A DNA stretch of 63,709 nucleotides, the filler included, from Collodictyon triciliatum (Eukaryota): assembly GCA_043381765.1 (NCBI GenBank). It is 10 parts of 10 records of this genome, joined end to end, with 100 filler letters (N's around TTAATTAATTAA, not from the genome) between each part and the next. Parts side by side here need not be neighbours in the genome. Positions count along the whole stretch, not along the records: positions 6,966 to 13,830 come from JBHJMP010004195.1; positions 13,931 to 20,796 come from JBHJMP010004196.1; positions 20,897 to 27,752 come from JBHJMP010004199.1; 7 more parts are not named here. The stretch is one strand, 5' to 3'. Both the position numbers and the translations under genes were made by a program. The notes below the pieces were generated by a model, which was given only the letters and a program-made list of their open reading frames with translations, did not search any database and had not been told where the DNA came from. Below, piece after piece: positions 13,731 through 26,253 of the stretch; positions within the stretch are counted from its first letter, which is position 1, and every line of letters starts with the position of its first letter.

Positions 13731-13830
13731 TCTTTATTCTTTATTCTTTATTCTTTATTCTTTATTCTTTATTCTTTATTCTTTATTCTTTATTCTTTAT
13801 TCTTTATTCTTTATTCTTTATTCTTTATTC
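13731..13830 (+). repeat. (TTCTTTA)n heptamer microsatellite at contig end
   Basis: Perfect tandem array running into the spacer. Confidence 0.95.
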
Positions 13831-14252
13831 NNNNNNNNNNNNNNNNNNNNNNNNNNNNNNNNNNNNNNNNNNNNTTAATTAATTAANNNNNNNNNNNNNN
13901 NNNNNNNNNNNNNNNNNNNNNNNNNNNNNNTATATTTTATCTTTTTATTTTGCACCCACCAACCTTCTATTTTTTATAAAAAAAAAAAAAAAAAAAATAG
14001 AGAAAAATACTCGAGGCACTCTGAATCATCATTTATACAAGATTTGCCCATACCTCGTCCATTTGAATATGAATGTTATAGAACACTTGAGCTCCATGCA
14101 TTCTCACGCCTCGCAGTCAAATGAACCATCATCTATAACGAAGATTGGAACAAAGAAACAAAGAAAGAAACAAAGGAGGGGTAAACGATGAAATTCATTT
14201 GAGCTAATAAATGAATAAATAAACGGCAGATGGCCCACCACCACTCGAAGAC

Positions 14253-15052
14253 ATGAGCGAAATGGTTCGCCGCATACAAGAACGTTCGGCACACAAGACG
14301 ACCGCCGTACCCGAAGGCTACTTTGCAGAAAAAGAATCTGTCCTTGTTGCCGTGCCAAAACATAAGGCTGCTGAGCCTAAGAAGGCCGAGTCAGGGCTTA
14401 AGCGCGGATTTTTTAATGCGCCTTCAAAAGAAAAGACTGCAGTAAAGACAAACACATCAGCAGTTCAAATTACATCACAGCAGAGCGCTCCTCAGCATAA
14501 GAAGCAAGATTCAGAGGTGATAGAAATTGTACGTCCAAAGGCCTCTGTTGCAGGCGCCTCCCAGAGCAAAGCGCCAGTGTTTCCTGAACTGCAACAACTC
14601 AATTCGTGTAAGATGGCATCCTTCTACCTGCCCTTAAATATTTTTTGTAACTGGTATTTCCTTGTGGACAATCATTTCTATTAGTACTCCGGTGTTGAAT
14701 ATTCATCTTTTCTTTTTCCTTTAAAACTTTAATTCTTTATTCTTTTTTTTTTTTTGGTTTCTTTTCAACAGTTTATTGAGAGAAAACAAAGCCGAGGAAA
14801 CCGCCTTCGCTTAATTCTTTATTCTTAATTTTTGGCACTAATGCAGCCATGGGCTCCTTGTTCTCATCACCAAAATTCATGGAGAAACTATCTTCCGATC
14901 CCCAAATGCTACGTCTATTTATGGATCCAGAAATACAAACAGCATTTAGTGAGATGGGAAAGGATCCGTCGGCCGTTGTTCGTCACCAGCAGAACCCGAA
15001 AGTAAGGAACTTTTTTGCGCTCTTTGGGGAGTTTCTGTCAAATATTGAATAA
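14253..15052 (+). CDS. STI1/DP-domain protein (two exons)
   Basis: Exon 1 is a low-complexity charged region with GLKRGFF. Exon 2 reads FMEKLSSDPQMLRLFMDPEIQTAFSEMGKDPSAVVRHQQNPKV, the DP-repeat pattern of STI1 domains. Confidence 0.75.
14745..14810 (-). mobile_element. Tiny poly(A)-tailed retroposed insert, family C, copy 1, with 16-bp TSD
   Basis: TTAATTCTTTATTCTT lies at 14729-14744 and 14811-14826. It flanks minus-strand GCGAAGGCGGTTTCCTCGGCTTTGTTTTCTCTCAATAAACTGTTGAAAAGAAACC(A)n, inside the STI1 gene intron. Confidence 0.85.
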
Positions 15053-15237
15053 AAAAATGACTTCACAGAGAGACCATTTTATTATCAATTACTGTCCATT
15101 TGTTAAGAGGGGCTTATTGAACAAAAATACAATTTGGCAGGAAAAAATCATAATCCGGCATGAAAACGTATTGCATAAAATTCATTTTATTTTATCTTAT
15201 TTATGTGTGCTTGTTAGAATATGCAATACAGCTTTTG

Positions 15238-18200
15238 TTATTGCGACATTGGATCAAACACATTTCTCTTTGTCAGATTTTTCATTTGAACCAACTTTTG
15301 TTTGATTTGGCCACCCCTTGTAAGAGGGATAATGAAAGCAACGAACATAAAGTATAATATCCATATGGAGTTCATTCCAATCAGCAAAGCAGCAATCCAA
15401 GACTGTGAGTCGAAAAGATTTGACATGAGTGTAAGGAAAAATGAAACAAAAATGATGTATAAACTGGACAGCTCCATTTGATTCTCGATTTTTGAGTTGT
15501 ATGGCCTGTATTCTTTCTGCATCCAAATTGAGCCCTGAAGTTCATTTTCCAATGATCAGATAGGTTGCCTATAGAGAACCACAATATGGTATGACATATT
15601 GATTATTTTCTAACCTGGATGACAACCACAAGAAGCGAAAATGAAACGGCTGGGTTTGTGTATGGAATGACACTGAGAATAAATGAAAAGGCAATGCGAC
15701 GAGCAATTATAACGAATTCCCAGTGCTTGAAGCTCTAATTGACACATATATGTTTAAATATTGCAAATTTTACTTATTGATATATGATACATAATAATTC
15801 GTTTATACCTCTTTATATGGCAGGTATAAGAAACCGTATCTCGCTCCAGGCTCGTAACCAGGTCTTTCAAACATAATTCTTACTTTCCACCAAAGAAATG
15901 CAGGCAGTCCAACCAGAAACAGAATAAAAACAGGAACAGCTATCGCAACGAGTTTTCGGTACTCACTAGATGCCGGGCTGCATTGAATCCAAGGATTGTG
16001 ATTGAGATACCATTTTTCCTCGCCATTGTCATACACTGTGCATCCAAACACACCAAAAACTTCCCTTGCCACAGAGTAGTAAATGAAAAATAAAAAATTC
16101 AAAGTGATGAACACCGCCTATTAAAATTAAAACATTTTTTTTAAAAAAAAAGATAATTAAAATATGATAGATATAATTCGAAAGCTTTAGATTTTATCAT
16201 TTCTCTAATAAATGCAAGATATGGTGTTGCCTTATTTTTCTTCTTTCCGTATCCGGTATAATATGTAATGGCGCCTATGATTATTAAAATCGGTATTCTT
16301 ATAAAACTGAATAAGAGGTAGTCGAATGTATTGTCTATCCCAAATATACAGGATAAGTTAGGAAACTGAAAAGAACTAAAGGAAGAGGAAAAATCAATAA
16401 ATTTGCTAGCATCCTCTGATTTTAAAAGCCCTGAAGAGATAATGGAAAGCGTTTGAAGGTGTAGCATCGTTATCCTTAGTTTTGCTGTATTACAATAATA
16501 ATAATGATGATAAAAAATAAAAAAAAAATAGGTAAGTAGTAATAGTAAAAATAATAATGCGTATGTAAGTAAATGAGTGATTTCTTGACTGCATGACTGT
16601 AAAAATTGTTCAAAATATACGTATATGTATTAAAGGAATCATTCATACCTGATTTTGATGTTTCTGAGAAATAGAGGTAAGTTGCAAAAACGCAAAGCCA
16701 AATTAAACCAAGTGTAAATGTTGAATAAATGCTTGATTTTTTACATTTCACGCATGATCTACCTTGATTGCCATACCCACTCTGGCATTTCGAACATGCA
16801 TGACCTTCGTATCCCTCTTGGCATAAGTTAGCTATTTCAACTGATATACTCGAATTTGATATTCTGTTTCCAATTAACTTATCACATGATTCAGGTCGAG
16901 GGCACGGGAGAATTGATTTCACTTCAATTACGTTTGGGGAAGCGTGGCAGTATTTCATCGTGACTCCATCTATGCATTCGCATTCTCTAGGGCATTGTAC
17001 GCAATTTTTTCCAAAACCAAAATAGCCAGGTAAACATTTACAAAATTCATGATTGTAATATTCTGGATTTAGACCTACATTTAAGTCGATAAGGCCTGAT
17101 TTTGAAACAATAGATGGGCATATAAAGAATTTTGTCTCATCTTGCAAACTGTATGGACTGCTGTAATTCAAGAAATCTGGAAGAAAATTTGATGCTCCAT
17201 GATTCATAAACGTGTCTATCAAACCTAAATATTCTAGCTTTGAAAAAAGTCTGTATGATTCCGGAATGTATCCGTATATTGGATTTCCGGACAGATCAAG
17301 TGAGCTCCACTTCAATAAATTGGTGAGTTCACCAAGTTTACTGATATTGTTATTATTTAAACGGAGTACCTTGATGTTAGTCATATAATTAAAAATTCTC
17401 CAATTTAATTCCCCATGGAGCTCATTATCATCGAGCAAAAGAATTTCATAATAATAGGCATCATCTTGGGAGCCAGGTGAAATGAAGGTACTAATGTCTC
17501 CAGAAAACAAGTTACTTCTCAAATCAATCGATACCAAGTTTTTTAATTTCCAAAAATTTGGGGGCATGCTCCCAGAAAACTTATTGTGAGATATGATCAG
17601 TGATTTTAGTAGTGACAGAGATTCAAAATAATTTGGAATTGATTCGTGAATTTGATTTCTGGATAAATCTATGTATTGAATTAAGGTAATATTCCAATCG
17701 TTAGGAATCGAACCATTAATTTGATTCTCACTAACATCTAATCTTGTGAGCTTTGGTAGATTAAAAGAGGGCAGTGTCCCGTTTAAAATATTTCTGTATG
17801 TAACTATTTCCTTTATATCTAAGCAACTTCCGAAGCTCGGAAGGTTTCCACCAATTTTATTGTCAGATATAGTAAAGATCTCTATGTTTGACAGCTTTGA
17901 AAAAATGGGGACTTCGCCTAATTTTTTAGAATTACTATTTAATATGCAATATTATTCCGTTATTGTATATTCAATATGGAAAAATTGTATATCAAACTTA
18001 CCCATCAAATTATTGTTATCTAATTGAATTCTTTTTACAATCGGGGTCTTATTGAAATCAGGAATAGTTCCTTTGATGAATGAAGATATTTAAAATTGTT
18101 ATTGGCTAACATATTTTTATATTTAATTTTTAATATTACTTTAATTAAAGCCGATTATTACCTTTTATAGTATAGGTGATATAAAATTGTGATTTTTTAA

Positions 18201-20680
18201 CTTTTTGTTATTTTCTTTAAAAAAATACGTGTTTGTCTCATGGTAGTTGAATATTACTTAAATTTTCCTTTTTGTTTTATTTTATTTCTTTCATGAAGTA
18301 AAAACACACCATTCAATTGGTTATTGAATAGTAAAATTAATTCAACGATTGGCACATATCTGAATGCCGGTATTGCTCCTGTATTACAATAAGTCGGAAT
18401 TTTTCTGTTTATTTTTCAAATAAATGTTTTCGATGGTTCTGTTTTACTTTGAAACGTATTATGCATAATAAAAAAAATTCAATCATAAAAGTACCGGATA
18501 ATTTGTTGCTGAACAACCTTATCTCTTTCACGGATGGGATGTGACTAAAATCCGGAACAGTTCCTATAAAAATTTAAAATATGAAAATAAAAGATAAAGG
18601 GATAAAAAAAAACTTACCATTTAATTGGTTACTAGAAAGACGAATTCTTTCGAGATAGGAAATATTCTGGAAATTTGGGATAGATCCTGCATTTGGGGTC
18701 ATTAGACTTTATTTTATCTTCCAATTGCAAATCTATGAATTGAATAAGAGAAATATATCTCTTTTAATTATGTTTTCATTTACTTGAATCATACCACTGA
18801 ATTGGTTGTCATATAGGTATACTCTCTCTACTCTATGGATTTTATTGAAGTCTGGTAGCTCACCTATTTTTAGATATCAGCATGGTACTTCATTAGAATT
18901 CAAATGAAAATAAATTACCGAAAAAATTGTTTCCTGACATCCTTATACGTCGTACAAAAGTAATATCACTAAAGTTTGGTATTGTTCCTAAATATTATTC
19001 ACTTTAATATACCATTAATATGAGTACATTCTCTTTTTATCGCGTTTCAATAAGGTACAAGGTATAATATTCGGTTCGACACTTAGATTACCTGTCACTC
19101 TGTTGCTGGTCAATCTAATCTCTTCAACTATTGGGATAAAACTGAAATTTGGTAATGTCCCTATAAAAAAATTAAATATTGAGAAACAAAATAGCACAAT
19201 TTACAAAATATAAAATCCAAGATTTTCAAAACTGTATAATTTGAATATGTGTGGGATCAAGGTCCAGTAACAATATCGGTAATTGAAACCACCATTCAGG
19301 TCATTATCATAGAAGGATATCACTTTCACTATCGGAATTCCACTAAAATTTGGAATATCTCCTATATTAATAATAAATTGAGATTATGTAACAGGTATTT
19401 ACTCATCAATATTTAAAGAAAAACCGTAAATTTCTCCGCTGTATATCAAAATGGTCTCGATATTGGGGATCCCGGAAAATTTTGGTATTGGTCCTGAATA
19501 TTTTAGTGAGAGTGATATTTTCAGTGATGCAATCATAAATTTTTCACTATGATGCATAAAAATGATTATTATTGGTTATCTTGAAGATTGAAACTTCAAT
19601 AATACAATCATAAATATTTAGAAAATTTAGAAAAACCTTTCATTTGGTCACTCAACCCAATCGATATACTTTTAATGAAGGAAATTCCAGAGAAATCTGG
19701 AATTGGACCCCCTAAATCGTTTCCATCAATTTTTATGACCAGAATATTAGGTATCCCTTGAAAATTTGGAATCGTTCCGATTAAGTTATTAAAAGACAAG
19801 TCTAGATTCAAAATCATCGGAAGATTAATGTTTTCAATCTTTCCGTGTAAAGAATTGTAGCTCAAATTCAAGGTGTGAATAAAAGGTAGCTTCTCTAAAA
19901 TTAAAAAAGCTGATAGAATATCCCCACGAACGCTGTTATCCGGGAGTGATATTTGATCGACGGGGCACATATTATTCTGCGTATAATGGTTAAAATTTTG
20001 AAAATTTATGTTTATCTTGATCTATCAAATATCACCTCGTAAAATTCATCGAAGCAATCGATATTGCAAGATATTCCAAACCATTCACAAATTGGAATGT
20101 TTTTGTCCTTCCATCCAGTATTACAATTCCAATTGTTTCCTCCAAGAACATCATAAAGCTGAACAAGGAGATGAAATTGATTATTCTCTACATCGTCACT
20201 GTCGATTCTCTCATCACAATTTCTCATCAAGCATGACATCTCCTTTTTGTTGGATCCCTGGAAAATTTTCTCTCCTGATGAGACAAAACTGCTCATATAG
20301 ATGTTGCCTCCATGAAAGAATTCACTGCTAGTGGGTTGGCTCAAGTCTGGTATACTCTTGTTTTCATTTAACGACTCAAAATTGAGCTTATCTTCGTCAA
20401 TCAAGACTGCTTTGCAAGTTTCATCATAATGGTCTAGCAATATCTGAAATGCATCCGGAAGTCTCATTGATAGAAAGTCATCTCTTGTGTACTGGCATCT
20501 AGTTGAGGTATATATCAATCAAATTATTTTTTCTTCCTTTTGGTTTCTGAAAGATGGTGGAGGTTTTAGTGATCAATCCCAAATCATGTAAAAAGGATAT
20601 CTGGTGGAATAAATATACCTATCACTTGAAATTGCAGATAAGGAAGGTGTCGTGGAAATGTATATTAGCATTAAAAGCAT
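15238..20680 (-). CDS. LRR receptor-like membrane protein: hydrophobic N-terminus, plant-type LRR N-cap, long LRR array, Cys-rich region, multi-pass TM domain, no kinase
   Basis: N-cap LYDVLGGNNW..GW..ICEWFGISC; many LxLxxNxxxGxIP repeats; CKCLPGYFG..CQEGYEGHACSKCQSGY; TM region with VFGC..YLNHNPWIQC, YGFLYLPYK..WEFVIIARR and RPYNSKIENQMEL. The ATG at 20680 is preceded by an in-frame AAT run, so the true start may lie off-contig. Confidence 0.85.
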
Positions 20681-20703
20681 CCATACTTTAGGTTTCCTAT
20701 CGA

Positions 20704-20704
<1 letters not shown>

Positions 20705-20796
<92 letters not shown>
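20705..20796 (+). repeat. (ATT)n microsatellite at contig end (similar AAT/ATT arrays at about 23061-23157, 38811-38902, 41481-41577, 59488-59547)
   Basis: Perfect trinucleotide arrays. Confidence 0.95.
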
Positions 20797-21290
20797 NNNN
20801 NNNNNNNNNNNNNNNNNNNNNNNNNNNNNNNNNNNNNNNNTTAATTAATTAANNNNNNNNNNNNNNNNNNNNNNNNNNNNNNNNNNNNNNNNNNNNCGAC
20901 GCATCGCTTTTTGTCTGAGTCGCGCAGCAAGAAACGCAAGGAAAGTGACCCGTTGTCCCCTCAAAAGACTCATCCTGTGGAATGAAATAGGATGTAAACC
21001 TTGTCTGAGATAGACGGTTGAAAGGATTCGTCGGAATCGATTTGAGAAGTAACTGCCATGTGCGTACTTTCATCGACCCGACAACTTTATCCGCTCTTCT
21101 GTCAGTCTCGAATACAACCGGAAATCGCGTTGGAGTTGATTCACCTCGGGTAGAATAGTCTGCGTGTGAGAACACTTTCTCTTCTTCCTTCCCTGTTTTT
21201 TTCTTTTTCTTTCCACCCAAAACACAAAAACTCCAACCGCACAATCCGAGGCTTCTGCCCTCTCGTCCACAGCTCATTTTTGTCCCATAG

Positions 21291-21360
21291 GCGAAGGCGG
21301 TTTCCTCGACTTTGTTTTCTCTCAATAAAGTGTTGAAAAGAAACCAAAAAAAAAAAAAAA
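21291..21360 (+). mobile_element. Tiny poly(A)-tailed insert, family C, copy 2
   Basis: GCGAAGGCGGTTTCCTCGACTTTGTTTTCTCTCAATAAAGTGTTGAAAAGAAACC(A)15 differs from copy 1 (on another contig) by two substitutions. No clear TSD is seen. Confidence 0.8.
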
Positions 21361-21769
21361 TTACGAGAACCTATGAATCCAAACAAGACGAGAGGAAGAG
21401 AAAGGATATTAAAACATCCGGAGCCAACAAGAGGAAAGGGCGTTTTTTCCAAGAAGTAAAGGGGTGCACATTCGACTTTGATGGCGATCCATTACTATAT
21501 GTATTGGACAAATTGCCAAGATATAATATTCGCAAGATTTTGGTTGCTGACTAATGAATGATGACTTATTGTGAACCTCATGACAAAGTGAAGTAAATGA
21601 ACAAGACATTCATGCCATAGTTTAATTACTTTGCAATTTTAATTTTCATAACTCTTGGTCACTCTCTTTAGTCTGAAATACTTTGTAGTTGCTCACTAGG
21701 GATTTATGAATATCGCTTCTGGCTTTATCTTGTGTGCACCATTCAAAACTTTCCTTTGTCGTGTGTGCA

Positions 21770-23060
21770 TCACTCTGGGGGAAGCACAAATGGTGTCGGA
21801 TAGCGAACATGGGCTGTTTTTGCGTAGGTGATGAACTGTGGGACGGGTTCACAGATAAAGAATTATTATTTTTGATAAGAAGCACAGCATTCCACTCGCG
21901 GTGGGATTCGTCGACAGTTAGGTATATTACCTGCTCGGGAATGTCAGACAAAGTTGTCGTCGTGAGGGCGACGCTGTCTCCCTTGGGGATATCCCGTAGA
22001 GACACAAACTATAAGTGAATTGATGAATCAATTTGCGTGCAACAAAATCCAAACAGAAGACAATCTATTTTGCCATCCCTATGGCAATACAGCAGGGTGA
22101 CTTTCAGGCTTGTACTTTAGATCATATCATATACCTTAACAATGTGCCGTTTGGCGACCTCTCCAGAGCTACTTCTGAGTAAGTGTTTGCTTTTGTCCAG
22201 AGCCTCGATACTACTAAAATCGGCAGGACCAACACTGTTTGATTGAAATTATCAGTGGGATTCGCCAAACATAAAGTCATCGTATGGTACGTACCCGGCG
22301 ATGATGATAGACATTGGCAAAGAGCTAGCCTCCACAATTAGATCAATGGTTTCGCGGTGGTCTATGGCACGCATATTAGTGCAATACAGCTTCCTCTTGA
22401 TGTGAATGGCAACTTTAAACGAATATATATCATATAGCTATTCTTGATGTTAAAAAGGAAAAAGAAAAAGAACCATTAAATGCTCCGTCGGTCAAAATCT
22501 TTTGAGTGCAGAGGCGCGCAGGGTGATATGGCAATGGAAAGGGTAACTTAGTACCAATCAGAAAACCATAACAACTTTGCCCAAACAAAGGTACTAAATT
22601 AATATCCCATTACAAACGATTACAATTAAATTAAAAAAATGTTATCGTACGAGCAGTATAAAGTATTTTCGACTGTCGTCTTTGGTTGATTCGCGTGCCA
22701 ATTTTATACAATGCTCGATGCTCTGAGAATTAACTTGGGTTATTAAAGTGTAGCAATGTATGTGGATGTGCAATAAAGAATTATTTTTTTTTTTTATTAT
22801 TCCCTTCTATTTGCGTAAGATGGGATCAAGCGTATGTACAATAGAATTTTGAGTGTGACGCATAAGTAATGTTGTTTCTTCTTTATCTTATAATCATTTT
22901 TTTTTTTTAAAAAAAAAATCTAGTATTTCTGGGTGCAACAAATTTAAAATGATCAAACCGGTCCATAGTTCGTTGGGGAAGAAAACGGGATTCTACGGAC
23001 TGCATCACGATAGACATCAAGGACTCCATTAATTCCAGAGACTTCGGTCTGTATTTGTTA

Positions 23061-23157
<97 letters not shown>

Positions 23158-26100
23158 TCTTTTTCAAAAAGAAAAGTATCACATATCTCCAAAAAAGAGA
23201 ATTGTGTTTGTAACCGTGAAAAAATGGTTGTTAGCGATCAGATAATTATCGCGTCTATGAACCTTTGAAAAAGCGCGAGAAAGGGCAAAGTGATGGGAAA
23301 CCATTCCACGAAAGGGAGCGCCACCAAATCCGAACACCTATATCAAAATATGCAGCAGATGATGAGAAAAAACCCGATAAAATGTACAAAATAAATAAAT
23401 AAATAAATATGTCAGGGTATTTGGGTTACAGGAAACTTTTTGTCTGTGTCAAAGGCTGCAACAACGTTTCCAATGGAGGATATGGCGAACTACAACCCAT
23501 TTCATGGAGTTCATGTATCAATTACTTATATGTTTCAAAAAAATAAGGTAATTCTTGCTCTTAAAAAAATACAATCCAACAGAATTATATCTAAAGCTGA
23601 TAACCGTAAATATAAATCTAATAAATGATGTTCCTACCTCGTAGCTGTTCATAGCACCCTCTGAAATATAGTGGAGACTTGAAGGGTCAGTAACTTTTCC
23701 GTTGCTCCCAGTGAAATCAATGGAGAAAATCTTTCCATGAGGTAAAAGGGATCAAATGAAAACAAGGAAGTGGATAAATTGTACTGGGAGTGAAATAGAA
23801 AACTTAAACTATAAAATATGAAGGAAAAAATAATAGATACCTGGGCAATCTCAAACCCATCGAGAATAAAATCGATGAACGAGAACCTTGGGACGACTTG
23901 GAGTGGGTCACATTGGATAAAACCTGAGTTTGCATATGTAGATTTATGCCTTTTCGCTGGATGCACAAGAGTTAGGGTGATAGAATTTGCCAACTGATTC
24001 CATGTGCACTGTTGAGAATAAAATAAAATATTATTCATTTGTGAAGAAAAGGATATTGCCAAGGTATCTTTCCCAAAAAGGCACTTTTCAGATTAAGAAA
24101 AGAGTATGAAAGATAGTTAAGATTTATTTTTGAAAAAAAAATCTAAATAAGTAGCGAAACCTCGGCCATCCCGATCAATTCGTGGTCTTTAATTTTGTTC
24201 CAATCATAACATTCGATCTAAATTGTTTAGGTTAAATTATGCGATATTTTGTAGATAAAATTAAAAGAGAGGAAAACAAAAGAATACAAAAAGGAAGAAT
24301 AATATTATTCATAAAAGAAAAAAACCTTTAGTAATGTTTGTGCGGTGAAATCGATGAATGTTGGATCGTTGATGCAGAATGGATCCCAGGCACTAAAGAA
24401 AATTGAGTTGATAGAGTACAAGCTTACGAGGAAAATCTACCGAAAAGTATTATATACAATTTATAATTTGTTGTTGTTTGTATTTGTATTGGTTTTTTTT
24501 CTTTAAAAAAAAAAGGGAAAACTGGAAGTGATAACTATAATAGCTAATTAAATTGATGACAATCCTACGGGTTGAGGGTATTCTGGATGACTTCTGAACG
24601 ATAGATTAGGTCCCATAAGCCATTTTCTAGGCGACGAAATATCTTGATATAAGGATCTGAATTTGTGATATTTTAAAAGAAAGTCCTTACAATTTGCTGG
24701 TAAATGATAAATAAATAAGTTAAAAATCAACAGTGAAGCAAAAGATTTGCAAAAATATATATTTTTTTACCGCTGAGTCCCATTAAATCCTTTTTATCCA
24801 GACTTGCCCCCCTCATCCGTACCCTAGTACAGGTTATACACAAGCATTTTGAGTCAAGTTGAAGTAAAAATCGATTACTCTGGTAAACTAAACGAATGGT
24901 CACATAATAACATTAGTTAAGTATAAAGTAGGATTAAATTTTTGATACAGTTTCTAAATAGCATACCCTACACGACGCAGAGAAGTGTCGAATGTTTTCC
25001 AAGATATGGTAAGGGTTCCTTTTGCCTCTTCCCCTTCACTAGATAATTCGTTTCACAGATATTAGTTGTTGGTTTTTAACCTCCAACCTTTTTGTTTACT
25101 TTTGTTAACAAGGATTATCCACACCGTGATTGATAAAGATATTTTTGGATGCAGTTTTTCACGACATAAATGAAAGCAATAAGTTAACAAAAGGAAAAGA
25201 GCCAACAATAGCGGGATATGTGGTGCGACCTAGATGTTAACTTTGATAGATGCTGAGGAACTCGTGATGCAATTATATGATTTAAGTTGACAATCTATTG
25301 AGCCATTCAGATGGGATTAGTTAAATGAATTCAGGATAGTATTATTCAAATTATGTTACATATGAAAACGTCCCCTAGAAGGGGAAATATGAAATTCATG
25401 GAATCTCAGTTATAGGAGCAAAAATAAAAAAATAGAAAAAAAACACGCATAACCCTTTCATAAGTTAAGGGGTATGGTAATTGAGGAGGTGGGAGGGGGA
25501 TTAATGAAATGTCCAAAAAACAATGGGCCTTTTCATATTTCATACAGCTCGGCCGTGCAACGTGGAATCACTTAGGGTAGACTTTTCATTGATGATGTGC
25601 ACGAAAATGGCCAATTCACGCTCCTATCAGACAAAATTGGTGATAAAACTTGTCAAAAGTCAGAGCCATAAAAGAAAGGGAGAAAAGGTAGGGTATATAA
25701 CACAGAGATTAGACAACACGAACCCTCTCGAAAATAAATTCTGTTTGAATGTACCCAGAGAATATCATATTGGGTGAGTACCTAGAGTAATATCATGATA
25801 TTAGATTCAATCAACGCTACATGATACACTCATTTTGCACATTCATGTAAAAAGAAATTAATACGGAGAGCATTCCAGGCAACCTAAGTCGTGACTGCCT
25901 TCGCTCTCTATACTTTTTATGACGATACAAGCCTTTGACTTTTGCGAATGGTCGATTTTTGGGAGCCCGCTAAAGAGGGAGTGAGTTAGCCACGATGGAA
26001 AACACTCTATTCTAGATTTCTTGAAGAGAATAGAAAAGAAAAGAAAAGAAGAAAAAGGAAAAAAGGAAACATCTTTAAGAAAACCAACGAATTAGATGAA

Positions 26101-26253
26101 TTTTCGTCAGAGTATGCTACAAAAAATAATTAAAAAATGACTGATGAAGTAGTTAAGCGCTCTGTTAAAACGAACGAACGGTTCCTCCGCTGAAATCATT
26201 TACTTGCAAGAAAACGATAGTTGCAGCTTCTGCTCGGTTACTTGAGATGACAT
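21770..26253 (-). CDS. Copine (C2A-C2B-vWA), many exons
   Basis: Start MSSQVTEQKLQLSFSC; C2B LDKKDLMGLSDPY..RSEVIQNTLNP..IECYDWN; vWA FSFIDFI..IDFTGSNG..SLHY, VFGFGG, PTNYGP, ILTDG, ASSLPMSIIIAGVGPADF, DIPEQ. Confidence 0.92.

Noticed and set aside
20897-21280. Minus-strand spliced gene start at the contig edge (similar fragments at about 27340-27510, 27953-28160, 62228-62306 and 62850-63709)
   Set aside because: These are plausible exons but too short or ambiguous to assign a frame or product.
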